A stretch of DNA of 64,000 nucleotides from Chloroflexota bacterium (GCA_016191875.1 JACPVG010000003.1:100683-164682), one strand, 5' to 3'; positions 17,325 through 26,456 are shown, numbered from the stretch's first letter. The notes: generated from the letters alone by a model not told the origin. Made by a program: numbers and translations.

Positions 17325-18569
17325 ATGAAAGCCATCCAGTTCAACCTCACCATCCCGCGCTATGCCCTCGGCCTGGCGCTCAGCAAACTGTACTATCCGG
17401 TCTTGTGGAGCGGGTTGTCGTGCACGTCAATGAAGGATATGCCGGAGCCCGAACTGCCCGGCCCGGGATGGGTGAAGATTCGCACCCGGCTGGCGGGCAT
17501 CTGCGGCACGGACACCAGCACCATCGGCCTCAAGACCAGCCCGTATTTCTCGCCGTTCTCTGAGTCGCCGTTCACCATGGGGCACGAAAACGTCGGTGAC
17601 ATCGTTGAGGTCGGCGCGGCGGCCGGCGAGTGGGCGGTCGGCCAGCGGGTGGTCGTCAACCCCTTCCTGTGGTGCGCCACGCGCGGCTACGCCGAAGCCG
17701 ACTGGTGCGAACCCTGCCAGCGCGGCGAGAACAACCTGTGTCAGCATTACGCGGAAGGCGGCCTGCGCCCTGCCATCTTCATGGGCAGCAGCCGCGACAC
17801 CGGCGGGTCGTGGTCGGCGTTCTACTGCGCTCACAAGGCTAATGTCTACGCCGTGCCGGAAAACGTCAGCGACGAGAACGCCCTGATGGTCGAGCCGTTC
17901 GCCTGCGGCCTGCACGCCGCGCTGATGGACTTTCCCGCCGATGATGAAACCATCCTGATTCTGGGCGCGGGCACCATCGGGCTGGTGCAACTGGCGGCGC
18001 TGCGGGCGCTGGGCAGCCGGGCGCGGATATGGGTATCCGCCCGATACGACTTTCAGGCCGAGGCGGCCCGGAAACTGGGCGCCGACGAGGTGCTGCTGGG
18101 CGGCGATCTGTATACCGAGGTAGCCCAACGCACAGGGGCGAAACTGTACAAACCGCTCATCGGCAAGCGGGTGGTGGTCGGCGGCGTGGACCGGACGTAT
18201 GAGTGCGTGGGGGGCGACGCGGCGCTGGACGATGCCATGCGCCTGACGCGCGCCGGCGGCACCGTGATGGTGGTCGGTATGCCGGGGCTGGTCAGGGGTC
18301 TGGACTGGACGGCGATCTTCTCGCAGGAACTCAAGGTACGCGCCGCCATCGGCTACAACCACGCCGAGATGTTAAATGGCAAAGCGCACAGAGCCTTCCA
18401 GTTGACGCTCGACCTGATGGCCGCCGAGAAAGTGGACCTCGGCGGACTGGTGGGCCGCCGCTACCGGCTGGAGGAATACAAGCGCGCCCTCAAAGAGCAG
18501 GGGGATAAGAAGAATCATCCAATTGTGAAGGCGGTGTTTGAATTCCCGAATAATCACAATATCATGTAA
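17325..18569 (+). CDS. Zinc-dependent alcohol dehydrogenase family (MDR) oxidoreductase
   Basis: ATG 17325 follows AGGA. GICGTDTS and GHENVGDIVEVG zinc motifs. Rossmann ILGAGTIGL. The first 192 codons of the 606-aa ORF are thrS overlap. Confidence 0.85.
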   Translation: MKAIQFNLTIPRYALGLALSKLYYPVLWSGLSCTSMKDMPEPELPGPGWVKIRTRLAGICGTDTSTIGLKTSPYFSPFSESPFTMGHENVGDIVEVGAAAGEWAVGQRVVVNPFLWCATRGYAEADWCEPCQRGENNLCQHYAEGGLRPAIFMGSSRDTGGSWSAFYCAHKANVYAVPENVSDENALMVEPFACGLHAALMDFPADDETILILGAGTIGLVQLAALRALGSRARIWVSARYDFQAEAARKLGADEVLLGGDLYTEVAQRTGAKLYKPLIGKRVVVGGVDRTYECVGGDAALDDAMRLTRAGGTVMVVGMPGLVRGLDWTAIFSQELKVRAAIGYNHAEMLNGKAHRAFQLTLDLMAAEKVDLGGLVGRRYRLEEYKRALKEQGDKKNHPIVKAVFEFPNNHNIM

Positions 18570-18607
18570 TAACATAATTTATGCAAAATATTGTGCAAAA
18601 TAGATCT

Positions 18608-18649
18608 GTACGGACAGGGGGTATGCCTGGCATCCTAACCCTGTCCCAC
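18608..18649. repeat. Degenerate REP-like hairpin upstream of the RAYT gene
   Basis: GTACGGACAGGG ... CCCTGTCCCAC. 8-bp stem GGACAGGG/CCCTGTCC, 19-nt loop. Confidence 0.5.
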
Positions 18650-18665
18650 CCCAAACAATGGCCGT

Positions 18666-19202
18666 ATGTCCCGTACCCGTAAGACCTCGCCACGCCTGAA
18701 AGGCTACGACTATACCCACCCCGGGTATTATTTTGTCACGCTGGTCACACAGGATCGGGTCAACCGCTTTGGTGAAATACGTGCCGGTGTGATGCGTCTG
18801 AACCCGGCCGGCGAAATCGCCAACAGGATGTGGTTGGAATTGCCTCAACATTACCCAAACGTGGTTGTGGATGAATTCGTCGTCATGCCAAACCATTTGC
18901 ATGGAATCTTCGCTTTGAGCGTTGAGGAATTGCAGGACACCCGTAGGGACAGGTTTATAAACCTGTCCCTACCGGATCAGTCACGGCACGGCCTATCAGA
19001 AATTATCCGCGGGTTCAAGACCTGGTCGGCAAGGCGCATCAATGAAGCAATGGGACAAACCGGCGCGCCGCTCTGGCAGCGCTCGTTCTATGACCGCATC
19101 CTGCGGGATGAAGACGAACTGGGCAACGCGCGGGCTTACATTCGCGCCAACCCCGCCAACTGGGGCAAGGATAAAGACAACCCCGAACACCAAATAGACT
19201 AG
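18666..19202 (+). CDS. REP-associated tyrosine transposase-like protein (IS200-type Y1 HUH transposase, COG1943-like)
   Basis: 178 aa. HUH motif MPNHLHGIF. Catalytic Tyr context LWQRSFYDRIL. N-terminal GYYFVTLVT. Confidence 0.75.
   Translation: MSRTRKTSPRLKGYDYTHPGYYFVTLVTQDRVNRFGEIRAGVMRLNPAGEIANRMWLELPQHYPNVVVDEFVVMPNHLHGIFALSVEELQDTRRDRFINLSLPDQSRHGLSEIIRGFKTWSARRINEAMGQTGAPLWQRSFYDRILRDEDELGNARAYIRANPANWGKDKDNPEHQID
18943..18972. repeat. REP-like 30-nt perfect palindrome located in-frame inside the RAYT gene
   Basis: GTAGGGACAGGTTTATAAACCTGTCCCTAC, encoding (R)RDRFINLSL(P), between the HUH motif and the GFK segment. Confidence 0.85.
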
Positions 19203-19264
19203 AATCACATTGCCGGACTCGACGCGGCTCGATGGAATGCCGTAGGAATTGCGTAGGAACCAGT

Positions 19265-19297
19265 TTAAGGATGCGAAGCATCCCAACCTGTCCCTAC
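19265..19297. repeat. Hairpin TTAAGGATGCGAAGCATCCC plus REP half-site AACCTGTCCCTAC
   Basis: The 20-mer at 19265-19284 recurs as its reverse complement at 45908-45927. The half-site at 19285-19297 matches the right arm of the REP. Confidence 0.7.
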
Positions 19298-19324
19298 TAC
19301 CGGTTCAGCCGCGGCACGACTTAC

Positions 19325-20206
19325 TCACACCCCCGCCTTGCGCTTTGCCAGAGCGATGTAATTGCCCACCGGCACCAGCCCCACCCCCGCCCACTGGATG
19401 ACGTTCAGGGTCAACCCTTCATATACGATCGACAACAGCAGCGCGATGACCGGGAACAGCACCGTGATGTACGCTGCCCGGTCTGCGCCCATGCGCCCTA
19501 ACAGCGTCAGGTAGGTGCCGAAAGCGACGACCGAACCGAAGAGCGAAAGATACAGCAGCGACCCGATGTAACCCGGCGTGGGGTCAAGCGTCAGTTCCGC
19601 GCCGCGCAGCAGGGCGATAACCAGCATCAGCCCGCCGCCATAGATCATCCCCCAGGCGTTGGTCTGCACGATGGGCAGGCCGTTGCGCTGGTTGCGCGCC
19701 GAGAGGATATTGCCCAGCGAGGCCGAGGCCGCGCTCAACGTCGCCATCATCAGCCCCAGCGCCTCGCCGCTGCCGAGGTCGAAATCGACCAGTTCCGGCC
19801 AATAGATGAAGCCCAGCCCGGCGATGCCGATGACGCCCCCCACCACCACCGCCGGGCGGATGGGGTTCTTCAGGAACAGCGCGCCGAACAATATGTTGAA
19901 GATGATGATGCTCGAAAAGATGACCGCCACCAGCCCGCTGGTCACGTAGCCAGTCGCCAGGTACACCAGCAGGTAATTCAGCGAAAACAGGAACAATCCC
20001 TGCAGGGCCATCGCCCCGTGCGCCCGCAGGTCAAACCGCAGCGGCAGCCGCCGGACGGCGCTGAACACGAACAACAGCAGGCTGGCGAGAAGGAACCGGT
20101 AGGCGATCGAGAGTTCCGGCGCGACCACCCCCAACTGGAATCGGATGGCTAGCCATGTCGAACCCCAGATCAGCACGGTTACGAGATACAGGATGCTGTT
20201 TTCCAT
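19325..20206 (-). CDS. EamA/DMT-family transporter
   Basis: 293 aa, 10 TM, two EamA halves (VLIWGSTWLAIRF...). Confidence 0.85.
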   Translation of the reverse strand: MENSILYLVTVLIWGSTWLAIRFQLGVVAPELSIAYRFLLASLLLFVFSAVRRLPLRFDLRAHGAMALQGLFLFSLNYLLVYLATGYVTSGLVAVIFSSIIIFNILFGALFLKNPIRPAVVVGGVIGIAGLGFIYWPELVDFDLGSGEALGLMMATLSAASASLGNILSARNQRNGLPIVQTNAWGMIYGGGLMLVIALLRGAELTLDPTPGYIGSLLYLSLFGSVVAFGTYLTLLGRMGADRAAYITVLFPVIALLLSIVYEGLTLNVIQWAGVGLVPVGNYIALAKRKAGV

Positions 20207-20343
20207 CAGGCGCTCCGCGAGTAGAAGTAGAATTCCACAGACGCCGGTCAGCCCCGGCGCGCCGTGATGTTAGCACATACGGTCTAATGGTGCAAGAAAT
20301 CGAAACCCCGGGCAATGTCCCCCTTCGCGTGGGTTTTGCATCA

Positions 20344-20396
20344 GAGTCGAGGCTTTAGCCGAGTGTTTGGCGAGCTCTCCGCTAAAGCGTCGACTC
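20344..20396. other. Long hairpin in a 370-bp unassigned intergenic region
   Basis: GAGTCGAGGCTTTAGC (20344-59) pairs with GCTAAAGCGTCGACTC (20381-96), 15 of 16 bp. The left arm is related to 54190-54209. Confidence 0.5.
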
Positions 20397-20577
20397 CCAC
20401 CCCACCAGACCTGGACACTCCCAAACCCCGCCGGGGTTGGAACGATCGCGCTCCCGAGGGCGCGTCTGTGTTCTATTGACGCTTGAATGGCAGGTTATGA
20501 TTTGAGCCAAATCCTGATCAAGTTGGGCGACCATGCGTTCGCTCACTCTTGGAATCGAGACTTTGGCCGAGACCAAT

Positions 20578-21201
20578 ATGACTCAACTCACCTTCCATGA
20601 AGTCACCCCCGACCGCTGGGTGGATTTCGAAAGACTGTTCGAAAGCCCCGGCGCGCCCAAGTACTGCTGGTGCATGGTCTGGCGTACCACCCCCGAAGAG
20701 CGCCGCCAGCGCGATCCCGCCAGCCGCAAAGCGGCCATGCAGAAGCGGATTCAGAGCGGCGTGCCGGTCGGCATCCTCGGCTATCTGGGGGACGAACCGG
20801 CGGCCTGGTGCTCCATCGCCCCGCGCGAAACGTATCGCTCGCTGGGCGGCCCGCCGGAGGGCGAGAACGTCTGGTCGCTGGCGTGCTTCTATGTGCCGCG
20901 CCGCCTGCGCCGCCAGGGGTTGATGCGCCAGTTGCTGGCCGCGGCGGTGGACCACGCCCGCCAGAACGGGGCGGCCATTCTGGAAGCCTACCCGGTCGAG
21001 GCGGATGCGCCCAGTTACCGCTTTATGGGTTTCGTGCCAGTCTTCGAGGAAGCCGGTTTCGAGGAAGTCGGCCGGGCGGGCTACCGCCGCCATGTGATGC
21101 GGCTGCGCATACGCCCTGGCCGTTCCGGCCAGGCGCTTATCGGCGACTCATGCGCGCATGGTAGAATCGTTGGTTGGAGAACCAACCCGCAAGCGGTGTG
21201 A
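20578..21201 (+). CDS. GNAT family N-acetyltransferase
   Basis: Starts [39 protein letters not shown] (motif A). Alternative start at 20533. Confidence 0.7.
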   Translation: MTQLTFHEVTPDRWVDFERLFESPGAPKYCWCMVWRTTPEERRQRDPASRKAAMQKRIQSGVPVGILGYLGDEPAAWCSIAPRETYRSLGGPPEGENVWSLACFYVPRRLRRQGLMRQLLAAAVDHARQNGAAILEAYPVEADAPSYRFMGFVPVFEEAGFEEVGRAGYRRHVMRLRIRPGRSGQALIGDSCAHGRIVGWRTNPQAV

Positions 21202-21215
21202 AGCAGGAGGCTGTT

Positions 21216-22115
21216 ATGGCCAAGAATGGCAAAAAGGAAGTTGCATCGTTCAAGGTGAAGGCCGGCCTTGCCCAGATGCTCAAAGGCGGCGTCATCATGG
21301 ACGTGGTGACGGCGGAACATGCCAGGATCGCCGAAGAGGCCGGCGCGGTGGCGGTGATGGCGCTTGAGCGCGTCCCGGCCGATATCCGCGCCCACGGCGG
21401 CGTGGCCCGCATGAGCGACCCCGGCCTGATCGAGCAGATCATGGCGGCCGTCAGCATCCCGGTGATGGCCAAGGTGCGCATCGGCCACTTTGTCGAGGCC
21501 CAGATTCTCGAAGCACTCGGCGTGGACTACGTCGACGAATCCGAAGTGCTCACCCCGGCCGACGAGGCCCACCATATCAACAAGCACGATTTCAAGATCC
21601 CCTTCGTGTGCGGCTGCCGCAACCTGGGCGAAGCCCTGCGGCGCATCGGCGAGGGCGCGGCCATGATTCGCACCAAGGGCGAGGCCGGCACCGGCGATGT
21701 GGTCGAAGCCGTCCGCCATGCCCGCAGTGTGCTGGGTGAGATTCGCCGCCTGGAGAACATGCGCGACGAAGAACTGATGGCCTACGCCAAAGACATCCAG
21801 GCACCCTACGAACTGGTCAAGGAAACCAAGGAACTCGGCCGCCTGCCTGTGGTTAACTTCGCCGCCGGCGGCCTGGCCACCCCGGCCGATGCCGCCCTGA
21901 TGATGCAGTTGGGCGTGGATGGCGTCTTCGTGGGTTCCGGCATCTTCAAGTCCGGCGACCCGGCCAAACGCGCCGCCGCCATCGTCAAGGCCACTACCCA
22001 CTACAACAACCCGGAGATCCTGGCCGAAGTCAGCCGCAACCTTGGCGAACCGATGGTCGGCCGCCAGATTTCCGACATGCCCGAAGAGCAGAAGATCGCC
22101 GGGCGGGGCTGGTAG
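21216..22115 (+). CDS. pdxS: Pyridoxal 5'-phosphate synthase, lyase subunit
   Basis: AGGAGG lies 5 nt upstream. [26 protein letters not shown] and GEAGTG are highly characteristic. Confidence 0.92.
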   Translation: MAKNGKKEVASFKVKAGLAQMLKGGVIMDVVTAEHARIAEEAGAVAVMALERVPADIRAHGGVARMSDPGLIEQIMAAVSIPVMAKVRIGHFVEAQILEALGVDYVDESEVLTPADEAHHINKHDFKIPFVCGCRNLGEALRRIGEGAAMIRTKGEAGTGDVVEAVRHARSVLGEIRRLENMRDEELMAYAKDIQAPYELVKETKELGRLPVVNFAAGGLATPADAALMMQLGVDGVFVGSGIFKSGDPAKRAAAIVKATTHYNNPEILAEVSRNLGEPMVGRQISDMPEEQKIAGRGW

Positions 22116-22127
22116 CGAAAAGCCGAA

Positions 22128-22207
22128 AATCGTTATTCGAACTACGTGAACTGTTACCCGCCAGCCGTTGCCCGACCAGGCGGCCCCACGGCCCTCGAAT
22201 AACGATT
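22128..22207. repeat. 13-bp perfect inverted repeat spanning the pdxS-pdxT spacer
   Basis: AATCGTTATTCGA (22128-40) pairs with TCGAATAACGATT (22195-207), 54 nt apart. Confidence 0.6.
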
Positions 22208-22239
22208 CTCGAACATCGAATACCAAATATCGATTCCCC

Positions 22240-22824
22240 ATGAAGATCGGCGTTCTCGCCCTGCAGGGCGACTTTGCGGAACACCTGGCCGTGCTGCGGC
22301 GGCTGGGGGTTGAGGCCGTGGAAGTGCGCCTGCCCGGCGAACTGGACGGCCTGGACGGGCTCATCATCCCCGGCGGCGAATCGACCACCATCGGCAAGCT
22401 GGCGATGGCCTATGGCCTTATGGAACCCCTGCGGGCTTTCGGCAAAGAGAAACCCGTTTGGGGCACTTGCGCCGGGGCCATCTTCCTCTCCAAAGACGCC
22501 CGCCGCGACCAGCCCTTGCTGGGCCTGATGGACATCACCGTGCAGCGCAACGCCTTCGGGCGGCAGGTGGATTCATTCGAGGTCGGGCTGGATATCCCCG
22601 CCCTGGCACGAGTGAGCAAGAAAAACCCGCCCTTCTACGCCGTGTTCATCCGCGCGCCCCTGATTGAGTCCGTGGATGCGCCCGGGGCCGAGACCCTGGC
22701 AAAACTCGACGATGGCGCGATTGTGGCCGCCCAGCAGGGCCGGCTGCTGGCGACCTCCTTCCACCCCGAATTGAACGACGACGACCGTTTCCACCAGTAT
22801 TTCCTCACATTGGTGGATGGCTAG
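22240..22824 (+). CDS. pdxT: Pyridoxal 5'-phosphate synthase, glutaminase subunit
   Basis: Starts MKIGVLALQGDF. GTCAG nucleophile region. SFHPE. Confidence 0.9.
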   Translation: MKIGVLALQGDFAEHLAVLRRLGVEAVEVRLPGELDGLDGLIIPGGESTTIGKLAMAYGLMEPLRAFGKEKPVWGTCAGAIFLSKDARRDQPLLGLMDITVQRNAFGRQVDSFEVGLDIPALARVSKKNPPFYAVFIRAPLIESVDAPGAETLAKLDDGAIVAAQQGRLLATSFHPELNDDDRFHQYFLTLVDG

Positions 22825-22850
22825 CGAAAAAGCCGCCCAGGAAACCAGCG

Positions 22851-22880
22851 ACCCCGCCTCCCCCGGCGGGGTTGTGTGTT
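22851..22880 (+). terminator. Candidate terminator after pdxT
   Basis: ACCCCGCC (22851-58) pairs with GGCGGGGT (22865-72), followed by TGTGTGTT. Confidence 0.4.
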
Positions 22881-22956
22881 ATAAGGGGAAGGCCATCAGG
22901 GTATTCCGTAACAGCCAATCCTGGTGACTGAGCAACGGATGCCTGAGTCCAAACCC

Positions 22957-23904
22957 ATGATTCGCCCCTTCGAACTGCGCGACCTCCCCACCCTCAACCG
23001 CCACCGGCGGCAGGGTCTGTTCCTGGATAGCATCCCGATGCTCACCCGCGGCCGCAGCCTGGTGCCGGTGGGCGCGGCGCTCTCGCCGCTGGCGCAGGCC
23101 ACTGGCGTCTTCACCTCGGTCTACCGGGACGAAACCTCGCCGGACGGCGAAGTCATCCTCGGCCAGGCGGCGCATTCCTCCGGCTCGCCGGTGGCGCGGC
23201 TCACCTTCATCGCCCCGGATGCGGCCATCGCATCCCTGGCCCTGGTGCCGCTGCTGGAGCATCTCATCCGCCAGTTGGGCGAGCGCGGCGCGCAGAGCCT
23301 GGTGGCCGAAGTGGACGAAAAATCCCACACCTTTGAGGCCCTGCGCCGCGCGGCCTTCAGCATTTATTCCCGCCAGCGCATCTGGCGGGTGAGCAAGCCG
23401 CCGGTTCCCCTCGGCGAGGCGGCCTGGCAGCCGGCCCAGCCGGTGGACGATTTCGACGTCCAGCGCCTGTACAACCTGCTCGTGCCCGGCCTGGTGCAGC
23501 AGGTGGAGCCGAAACACAGCGGCCGCCACGGCTGGATTCTGCGCGAGCAGGGCGAACTGCGGGCGTTTGCCGATGTGCAACTCGGGCCACGCGGCGTGTG
23601 GGTCCAGCCGCTCATCCACCCCGAGATGGAAGACGTGGATAGCCGCCTGGCGCAGTTGCTGGCGCGGCTGCGGCCGCGCCCCGCCCGCCCGGTCTACCTC
23701 TGCCTGCGCTCTTACAGCGCCTGGCTGGCCAGCGCCGTGGAAGAGTTGGGAGCCCAGCCCGGCCCGCCCCAGGCGGTGATGGTGCGGCGGCTGGCGGCCG
23801 AAATAAAGAAGCCCGCCCTCGCCCGGCTGCCGGCCATCAACGGCGGCACGGAAGCCATCCACCAGACCCGCCCGGCCGAACGCGGCCAGCCGGATGGCCG
23901 GTAA
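22957..23904 (+). CDS. Hypothetical protein with an N-terminal GNAT-like fold
   Basis: MIRPFELRDLP start and LLEHLIRQLGERGAQSLVAEVDEKSHTFEALRRAAF resemble GNAT motif A. Alternative starts at 22924 and 22939. Confidence 0.5.
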   Translation: MIRPFELRDLPTLNRHRRQGLFLDSIPMLTRGRSLVPVGAALSPLAQATGVFTSVYRDETSPDGEVILGQAAHSSGSPVARLTFIAPDAAIASLALVPLLEHLIRQLGERGAQSLVAEVDEKSHTFEALRRAAFSIYSRQRIWRVSKPPVPLGEAAWQPAQPVDDFDVQRLYNLLVPGLVQQVEPKHSGRHGWILREQGELRAFADVQLGPRGVWVQPLIHPEMEDVDSRLAQLLARLRPRPARPVYLCLRSYSAWLASAVEELGAQPGPPQAVMVRRLAAEIKKPALARLPAINGGTEAIHQTRPAERGQPDGR

Positions 23905-24110
23905 GCGTTTCATTAACCTGGCTGGTTTTCCCTGACGCGCCGGGCCGGAAAGCACTATAATAGGGGCAAGTTGCCATTCTCGTTCGCGCCCGATCCCCAA
24001 ATAACCACCGCAATTCCAATCACGGGCTGGTTGCCCAGCGCCTGCGTCCCGGCCGCGCGTCCCGGACGGCGGCGACGGGCGTGGGAGGGCCAGGGAGCCT
24101 GAAGAACCGT

Positions 24111-25748
24111 ATGACCGGACGACAGATCACCGACGATCTTGACGCCTTGCTCAACGTCCTGCCGCCAGAGATCTCTGCGGCGGTGCGCAAAGCCAACAAC
24201 ACCACCGACCTGCTGGAGATCATCCTGGACCTCGGGCGGGTCCCCACCGCGCGCCTGGTGCACGGCGAGACCGTGTTGAACGAGGTGGAGATCACCCGCG
24301 AGCAGATCGATTACGTGGTGCGCGGCGTAGGCGAGTTCGACGCCGACAACCGCGCCGGCATGGAGCGCACCCTGCACCGCATTTCGGCTATCCGCAACCG
24401 GCGCGGCGACATCGTCGGCCTCACCTGCCGGGTGGGCCGCGCCGTATACGGCACCATCGACATCCTGCAAGACCTGATCGACGAAGGCCGCAGCATCCTG
24501 CTGCTGGGCCGGCCGGGCGTGGGCAAGACCACCCTGCTGCGCGAGGCCGCCCGCATCCTGGCCGAGAAGAAACGCGTGGTCATCGTGGACACCTCCAACG
24601 AGATCGGCGGCGACGGCGACGTGCCCCATCCGGCGGTCGGCCGGGCGCGGCGCATGCAGGTGGCCATGCCGCCCCTGCAACACGAGGTGATGATCGAGGC
24701 CGTGGAGAACCACAACCCGGAAGTGATCGTCATCGACGAGATCGGCCGCGAACTGGAAGCCGCCGCGGCCCGCACCATCGCCGAGCGCGGCGTGCAGTTG
24801 ATCGGCACGGCGCACGGCAACTCGCTGGAGAACCTGCTGATCAACCCCACGCTCTCCGACCTGGTGGGCGGCATCGAGTCGGTCACGCTTTCCGACGAGG
24901 AAGCCCGGCGGCGCGGCACCCAGAAGACCGTGCTGGAGCGCCGCTCGCCGCCCACCTTCGACGTGCTGGTGGAGATCCAGACCCGCGATACGCTGGCGGT
25001 GCACACCGACGTGGCCAGCGCGGTGGACTCGCTGCTGCGCGGTTACCCCCTGCCGGCCGAAGTGCGGGCGCGCCGCGACGACGGCACGATCGACATTAAG
25101 AAAGCGCCTGCGCCGCGCGCCAACCGCGCCGCGCGCCAGTCTTCGCTGGGCAACCAGGGCCCGCTGCGCAGCCGCCCCCAGCCCGTTGAGACCGCCCAGC
25201 CGGATACCGGCAACGGCGGCCAGCCAGCATATGGCAACTCCGAGCGGGCGGGCGCGCCCGCCCGCCACACCAAGCTGCAACCCCTGCGGGTCTACCCGTT
25301 CGGGGTGGCCCGCAACCGGCTGGAAAACGCCGCCAAGCATCTGGGCGTGCCGGTGTTCGTGGCCCGCGACGTGAGCGAAGCCGACGTGCTGGTGACCCTG
25401 CGCTCGCATTACCGCAAACGCCAGCGGGTGGTGGTGGATGCCGAACACCGCGGCATGCCGGTCTACGTGCTGCGCGCCAACACCGTCAACCAGATGGAAC
25501 GTTTCCTGGGCGGCCTGTTCGACGTGGGCACATGGGGCAGCGGCGCGGCGGGCGAGGATGAAGACGAGATCCTCCAGCAGACCCAGCAGGCCATCAACGC
25601 CGTGCTGAACGGTGAGCGCTGGGTGGAACTGCCCCCGGCTTCGTCGTACGTGCGCCGCATCCAGCATGAACTGGCTCAGCAGGCCCAACTGGTCTCGCAC
25701 TCTTACGGCAAAGAACCAAATAGAAGGGTGCGGATTTTCCGGGAGTGA
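24111..25748 (+). CDS. R3H-domain AAA ATPase (SpoIIIAA/Ycf45-like)
   Basis: Walker A LLLGRPGVGKTT. VVIVDTSNEIGGDGDVPH. Walker B VIVIDEIG. C-terminal R3H region ELPPASSYVRRIQHELAQQAQLVSHSYGKEPNRRVRIF. Confidence 0.8.
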   Translation: MTGRQITDDLDALLNVLPPEISAAVRKANNTTDLLEIILDLGRVPTARLVHGETVLNEVEITREQIDYVVRGVGEFDADNRAGMERTLHRISAIRNRRGDIVGLTCRVGRAVYGTIDILQDLIDEGRSILLLGRPGVGKTTLLREAARILAEKKRVVIVDTSNEIGGDGDVPHPAVGRARRMQVAMPPLQHEVMIEAVENHNPEVIVIDEIGRELEAAAARTIAERGVQLIGTAHGNSLENLLINPTLSDLVGGIESVTLSDEEARRRGTQKTVLERRSPPTFDVLVEIQTRDTLAVHTDVASAVDSLLRGYPLPAEVRARRDDGTIDIKKAPAPRANRAARQSSLGNQGPLRSRPQPVETAQPDTGNGGQPAYGNSERAGAPARHTKLQPLRVYPFGVARNRLENAAKHLGVPVFVARDVSEADVLVTLRSHYRKRQRVVVDAEHRGMPVYVLRANTVNQMERFLGGLFDVGTWGSGAAGEDEDEILQQTQQAINAVLNGERWVELPPASSYVRRIQHELAQQAQLVSHSYGKEPNRRVRIFRE

Positions 25749-25760
25749 AGCTGGAAAACG

Positions 25761-25795
25761 AAAGGGCGGCTGGTGTACCAGCCGCCCTTTTTATT
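25761..25795. terminator. Bidirectional intrinsic terminator between convergent genes
   Basis: AAAGGGCGGCTGG-TGTA-CCAGCCGCCCTTT, with an A-run before and a T-run after. Confidence 0.65.
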
Positions 25796-25815
25796 GGAGA
25801 AGAATATCTGAGGTA

Positions 25816-26115
25816 TCAATTCATCTGTTTAATCTTATCCAGCAACGCGGCTTCCTTGCGGGCGGCGTGATAGAGGTCCCAGCGAGTTTGGAGATTGAGC
25901 CAGAAATCGGCCGTTGTACCAAAATATTTGGCGAGGCGCAGGGCGGTGGAAGGCGTGACCCCGCGCTTGCCGTTGACCAGTTCGTTGATGCGCTGATAGG
26001 AAACTCGAATACCCTCAGCTAGGGTGCGCTGAGTGAGTTCCAGCGGAATTAGAAATTCTTCCAGCAGCATTTCGCCGGGGTGGGTAGGTGGGCGGTGAGT
26101 GGGGATATTGGTCAT
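25816..26115 (-). CDS. higA: HigA-family antitoxin (XRE HTH)
   Basis: 99 aa. HPGEMLLEEFL...TQRTLAEGIRVSYQRINELVNGKRGVTPSTALRLAKYFGTTADFWLNLQ. Confidence 0.85.
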   Translation of the reverse strand: MTNIPTHRPPTHPGEMLLEEFLIPLELTQRTLAEGIRVSYQRINELVNGKRGVTPSTALRLAKYFGTTADFWLNLQTRWDLYHAARKEAALLDKIKQMN

Positions 26116-26127
26116 GGTATGTACTCC

Positions 26128-26421
26128 TTAATGGTAGTCTAAAATTTCTACCTGGTCAGGCCCGCTGGCAGTCCATACAAAGCAGATACGGTACTGATCA
26201 TTGATACGGATGCTGTGTTGATCTGCGCGACTTCCTGAAAGTTTCTCCAGCCGATTGCCGGGCGGTACGCGCAGGTCATTTAGTTCTGCGGCGGCCTCCA
26301 ACTGATCCAGTTTGCGAAAGGCGACCGCCCAGAGCGCGCTGGGGAGGGTCTGTCGGGCCGCCCGGCTGTTACGGCCATTGTAAATATCCTCGGTTTCCGC
26401 ATTCGCAAAAGACCGGATCAT
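26128..26421 (-). CDS. higB: HigB toxin (RelE/ParE superfamily, plasmid maintenance system killer type)
   Basis: 97 aa. MIRSF...AE.DIY.G......LP......A.RKL..L.AA..L.DL..PPGNRLEKL.G.R..QHSIRINDQYRICF.W. Confidence 0.85.
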   Translation of the reverse strand: MIRSFANAETEDIYNGRNSRAARQTLPSALWAVAFRKLDQLEAAAELNDLRVPPGNRLEKLSGSRADQHSIRINDQYRICFVWTASGPDQVEILDYH

Positions 26422-26427
26422 AAAACC

Positions 26428-26456
26428 ATGATAGCACGGAACCCGTGTTATTTCAA
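26428..26456 (-). promoter_or_regulatory. higBA promoter with operator palindrome; leaderless geometry
   Basis: Minus strand: TTGAAA (26456-51), 17 nt, TATCAT (26433-28), then 6 nt to ATG 26421. The spacer contains CACGG-AAC-CCGTG (26435-47). Confidence 0.45.

Larger units (their letters stand above)
18570..19300 (+). mobile_element. RAYT / IS200-IS605-like unit (Y1 transposase gene plus flanking hairpins), possibly domesticated
   Basis: AT-rich left junction with a TGCAAAATA direct repeat (18582-90, 18594-602). Hairpin at 18608-18649. Gene at 18666-19202. Right-flank hairpin and REP half-site at 19265-19297. Confidence 0.45.

Noticed and set aside
20476-20501. TTGACG ... TATGAT upstream of the GNAT gene at 20578
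   Set aside because: The spacer is 14 nt, and no alternative register gives a good -10.
23955-25700. 581-aa minus-strand ORF. Similar long antisense ORFs occur at 10783-11994, 21081-22397, 32136-33848, 33973-35661, 35520-37046, 38726-39829, 52167-54062 and 54116-55519.
   Set aside because: Each one overlaps a confidently recognised gene on the other strand (R3H ATPase, ABC1 kinase, pdxS, dus, TIR gene, dnaA, AP-family gene, gatB, APH-fold kinase) and has Arg/Gly/Ala/Pro-dominated composition.
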